Assembly (NCBI GenBank): GCA_002269645.1
Contig: NIVC01000452.1
Coordinates: 363,522 to 427,521, forward strand
Length of the DNA stretch: 64,000 nucleotides
Source: Macrostomum lignano
Taxonomy: Eukaryota
Direction of reading: 5' to 3'
A program made the position numbers and the translations under genes. This document shows positions 60,601-64,000 of the stretch, one piece after another (the stretch's first letter is position 1; each line of letters begins with the position of its first letter). Below the pieces are notes generated by a model. It was not told where the DNA came from, did not search any database, and saw only the letters and a program-made list of their open reading frames with translations.

Positions 60601-61829
60601 ATTCTAGGAGTTTATGCACTTTAAGACTTGCTTTACCTGTTGTGCAGGGCACACAATCGCGCGGCTAATAGTTCTGTGAAGAGTGCATCCAGACCCAGTA
60701 GGGTCTACATCATATGCATGTCCCATACATGTACGAGCGTATACATGTACATGTTGAGGGCTTGCATTTTTGTCCAAAATTTGACTGGCTCTCCCCAAAA
60801 TTTTCAATATGACACCTGTAATAACACGGCCCTCCATCCTGATTTCGCCTCCATTTGCATCCATCTTTCAGAATTAAAATGCGTAATACAGTCGTACAGT
60901 TGCCGCGCAGCTAAACATTTTTAAAGACATCTCTTTCGTAAACACTACTAAAAGTAGACTCTAGTTTTGTCCCAGATTTTTCCATCCACATTGATTGAAA
61001 TGGCGTGAACTCCAAGATAAATGGCGCCAACTCCAATTCTAATTGAATGGCGCGCCTTGGCCACTCAAAATACAGGTACATACAAACCTAAAGTGTTACA
61101 CGCATACAGCAGCCACTTGTTCCGTGAAAAACAAAAACAAAAACAACACCAATGATTACGACACAGATTGCTTGTTCAGATAACTAAGACTAATTACTGC
61201 AATATAGATGGATCCCAGACCCATTCCTAAATTGATTTTATCGATCAAGACAACGGACGAGACGTCATTGAAAATTTGAGGGAACCAGCTGTGTACGATC
61301 CATTCTACTTTTATAGCTGGTGTATATCATTGGCACTGCACACAAACAGGCACACACGAGATCTAGATCTGCAATCAAAATTTGCTGGATTTTCGATTGA
61401 AAATAGTCGGCCGCGATCAGTTTAAATAACAATATTAACTAGCTCGTATATACATAATAATATACACACAAGGGCGCGATCGAGCGCAACTTGTGGAAGC
61501 GATCGTGTAGGGAAAAATTTGATATCGAAACTTGAGCTCAGCTTCAGTTTCATCTGTAGGCCAAGCCCCGCCTACTACTATTATACTCAAATAATGACTG
61601 ACAAGTTTGAAGGGTTTGTTTGGACAGCATCATCAAGATAGAGCCGCCACGCTTTGCATTGATCAGCCAGTCGGATTCGCAAGTCAGTTGAGATCGAAGC
61701 TGGGTATCTCGGCTCCATTCGGGCTAGGTTAATTAAGCATTATGGAATCTATTCAACTGCCCATCCCTTCATGGTCCTTCATTACACCTAAAATAGTGCC
61801 CAGGCCACATCGATCTCACCGCGCCCGCC

Positions 61830-63470
61830 ACAACCTCTCCCAGAGTCTCCCCCAATCTCATTCTGCCTCCCTCAACCTCTCTCAGAGTCTCCCTCATCTC
61901 ATCCTGCCTCCCTTAATCTCATCCTGCCTCCCTCAATCTCACCCTGCCCTCCCTTAATCTCATCCTGCCTCCCTTAATCTCATCCTGCCTCCCTCAATCT
62001 CATCCTGCCTCCCTCAATCTCATCCTGCCCTCCCTTAATCTCATCCTGCCTCCCCCAGTCTCATCCTGCCTTCCTTAATCTCATCCTGCCTCCGTCAATC
62101 TCATCCTACCTCTCTCAATTTCCTTCTGCCTCCCTAGCTCAATCTCTCTCAGAATCTCCCTTAATCTCATTCTGCCTCCTCAATCTCAGCCTGCCTCCCC
62201 CAATCTCAGCATGCCTCCCTCAATCTCAGCATGCCTCCCTCAATCTCATCCTGCCTTCCTCAATCTTATCCTGCCTCCTCCAATCTCATTCTGCCTCCCT
62301 CAATCTCATCCTGCCTCCCTCAATCTCATCCTGCCTCCTCAATCTCATCCTGCCTCCCTCAATCTCATCCTGCCTCCCTCATCTTATCCTGCCTCCCTCA
62401 ATCTTATCCTGCCTCCTCCAATCTCATCCTGCCTCCCTCAATCTCATCCTGCCTCCCTCAATCTCATCCTGCCTCCCTCAATCTCATCCTGCCTCCCTCA
62501 ATCTCATCCTGCCTCCCTCAATCTCATCCTGCCTCCCTAATCTCATCCTGCCTCCCCAATCTCTCCTGCCTCCCTCAATCTCATCCTGCCTCCCTCAATC
62601 TCATCCTGCCTCCCTAGCTCAATCTCTTATCTCATCCTCCTCCCCAATCTCATTCCGCCTCCCTCAATCTCATCCTGCCTCCCTCAATCTCATCCTGCCT
62701 CCCCCAATCTCCTCCTGCCTCCCCCAATCTCATCCTGCCTCCCCAATCTCATCCTGCCTCCCCAATCTCATCCTGCCTCCCTCAATCTCATCCTGCCTCC
62801 CTAGCTCAATCTCTCCTCCTCCCAATCTCATCTGCCTCCCTCAATCTCATCCTGCCTCCCTCAATCTCATCCTGCCTTCCTCAATCTCATCCTGCCTTCC
62901 TCAATCTCATCTGCCTCCCTCAATCTCATCCTGCCTCCCTCAATCTCATCCTGCCTCCCTCAATCTCATCCTGCCTTCCTCAATCTCATCCTGCCTCCCT
63001 CAATCTCATCGCTGCCTCCCTCATCTCATCCTGCCTCCCTCAATCTCATCTGCCTCCCTCAATCTTATCCTGCCTCCCAATCCTATCCTGCCTCCTCCAA
63101 TCTCATCCTGCTCCCTCAATCTCATCCTGCCTTCCTTAATCTCATCCTGCCTCCCCCAATCTCCTCCTGCCTCCCTCAATCTCATCCTGCCTCCCTCAAT
63201 CTCATCCTGCTCCCCTAATCTCATCCTGCCTCCCCAATCTCCTCCTGCCTCCCTCAATCTCATCCTGCTCCCTAGCTCAATCTCTTTCATAGTCTCCTTA
63301 ATATCCTCAATCTCATTCCGCCTCCCTCAATCTCATCCTGCCTCCTCAATCTCATCCTGCCTCCCCCAATCTCCTCCTGCCTCCCCAATCTCATCCTGCC
63401 TTCCCCAATCTCATCCTGCCTCCCCCAATCTCATCCTGCCTCCCCCAATCTCATCCTGCCTGCCTCCATC
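61830..63470 (+). repeat. 21-bp pyrimidine-rich minisatellite CTCAATCTCATCCTGCCTCCC
   Basis: about 75 imperfect copies; explains ORFs 62211+, 62231+ and 63021-. Confidence 0.97.
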
Positions 63471-64000
63471 TCTCAATAAATTTAAGAAGGCAGCGCCGAA
63501 ACTGAATATCAAACTATTAATTCTAATCCAGAAAAATGTCGGCGGAGTTTTGGCTTTAGCGGTTAAACTCAATCTCCCACATTTTAGAATTTTTGTAATG
63601 ACGGGTTCCGAGAAGCAGCAAAGCCAGGGTAAAAAAAGAACTCCAGAGTTGAGTTACTGCAAAGCCGGATTAGCCAACTTGAAATTCTATATAATTAGCA
63701 AAGCTGTCTGGGCCGGGAGTCACGTGATAATTGGTCATTTATAATTGGCCTCGCGCGAGCTGCTGCTCACTTCTAGGCTAATTAACTATAATTGGCTGAT
63801 CAGGGAGGCAGGAGAAGACTCAAATCCCTGATCGAACTTTAATCCGCAATCAAGCGAACAAAATGCCGATGGTTGATCCCTGGTCTGATTTAAATTGGAA
63901 ATGCAAAAAAAGGTTCCTGATTAAGAATCTGTCTTCTTTCACACCTTTGTAGGGAACTGGCAGTCTTATGCACGAGCAAATGAGCATCTCATTTCTCATG

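Noticed and set aside
63715-63800. CACGTG and three ATTGG (CCAAT) boxes as a promoter
   Set aside because: No TSS evidence and ~6 kb from the nearest supported ATG; short motifs arise by chance.
57685-64000. search for an upstream first DBD (flatworm 2DBD nuclear receptor)
   Set aside because: No CxxC..CEACK-type exon seen on the minus strand; exon 1 has a plausible ATG and a single DBD.

Overview
Eukaryotic, repeat-rich invertebrate genomic DNA. Dense intronic minisatellites, short introns and the gene content suggest a free-living flatworm such as Macrostomum (inference only). Recognisable host genes: an intronless FMRFamide-receptor-like class A GPCR (19105-20193 +); a 3-exon TGN38/TGN46 (TGOLN2)-like type I membrane protein with ~40 15-aa repeats (22812-30740 +); a GT-A-fold glycosyltransferase with an intronless CDS (32225-33433 +); a probable neuropeptide precursor (39749-42186 +); and a 7-exon NR1-type nuclear receptor (57684-46437 -) whose second zinc finger lacks one canonical Cys and whose six introns each hold a different minisatellite. 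Mobile DNA: a 1.4-kb foldback element with TA TSD; an intact piggyBac transposase in an element with CAY..RTG ends and a CTAG-like (not TTAA) flank; two internally deleted Crypton-like tyrosine-recombinase remnants, each bounded by CCATAGA direct repeats inside a strong local cluster of that heptamer; a 5'-truncated non-LTR retrotransposon; a Merlin transposase fossil; and hAT-, MULE- and EnSpm-like MITEs. About a quarter of the window is tandem repeat, and most long ORFs in the supplied track are repeat artefacts. All gene models were assembled by eye from splice signals and reading phase; no database searches were run.
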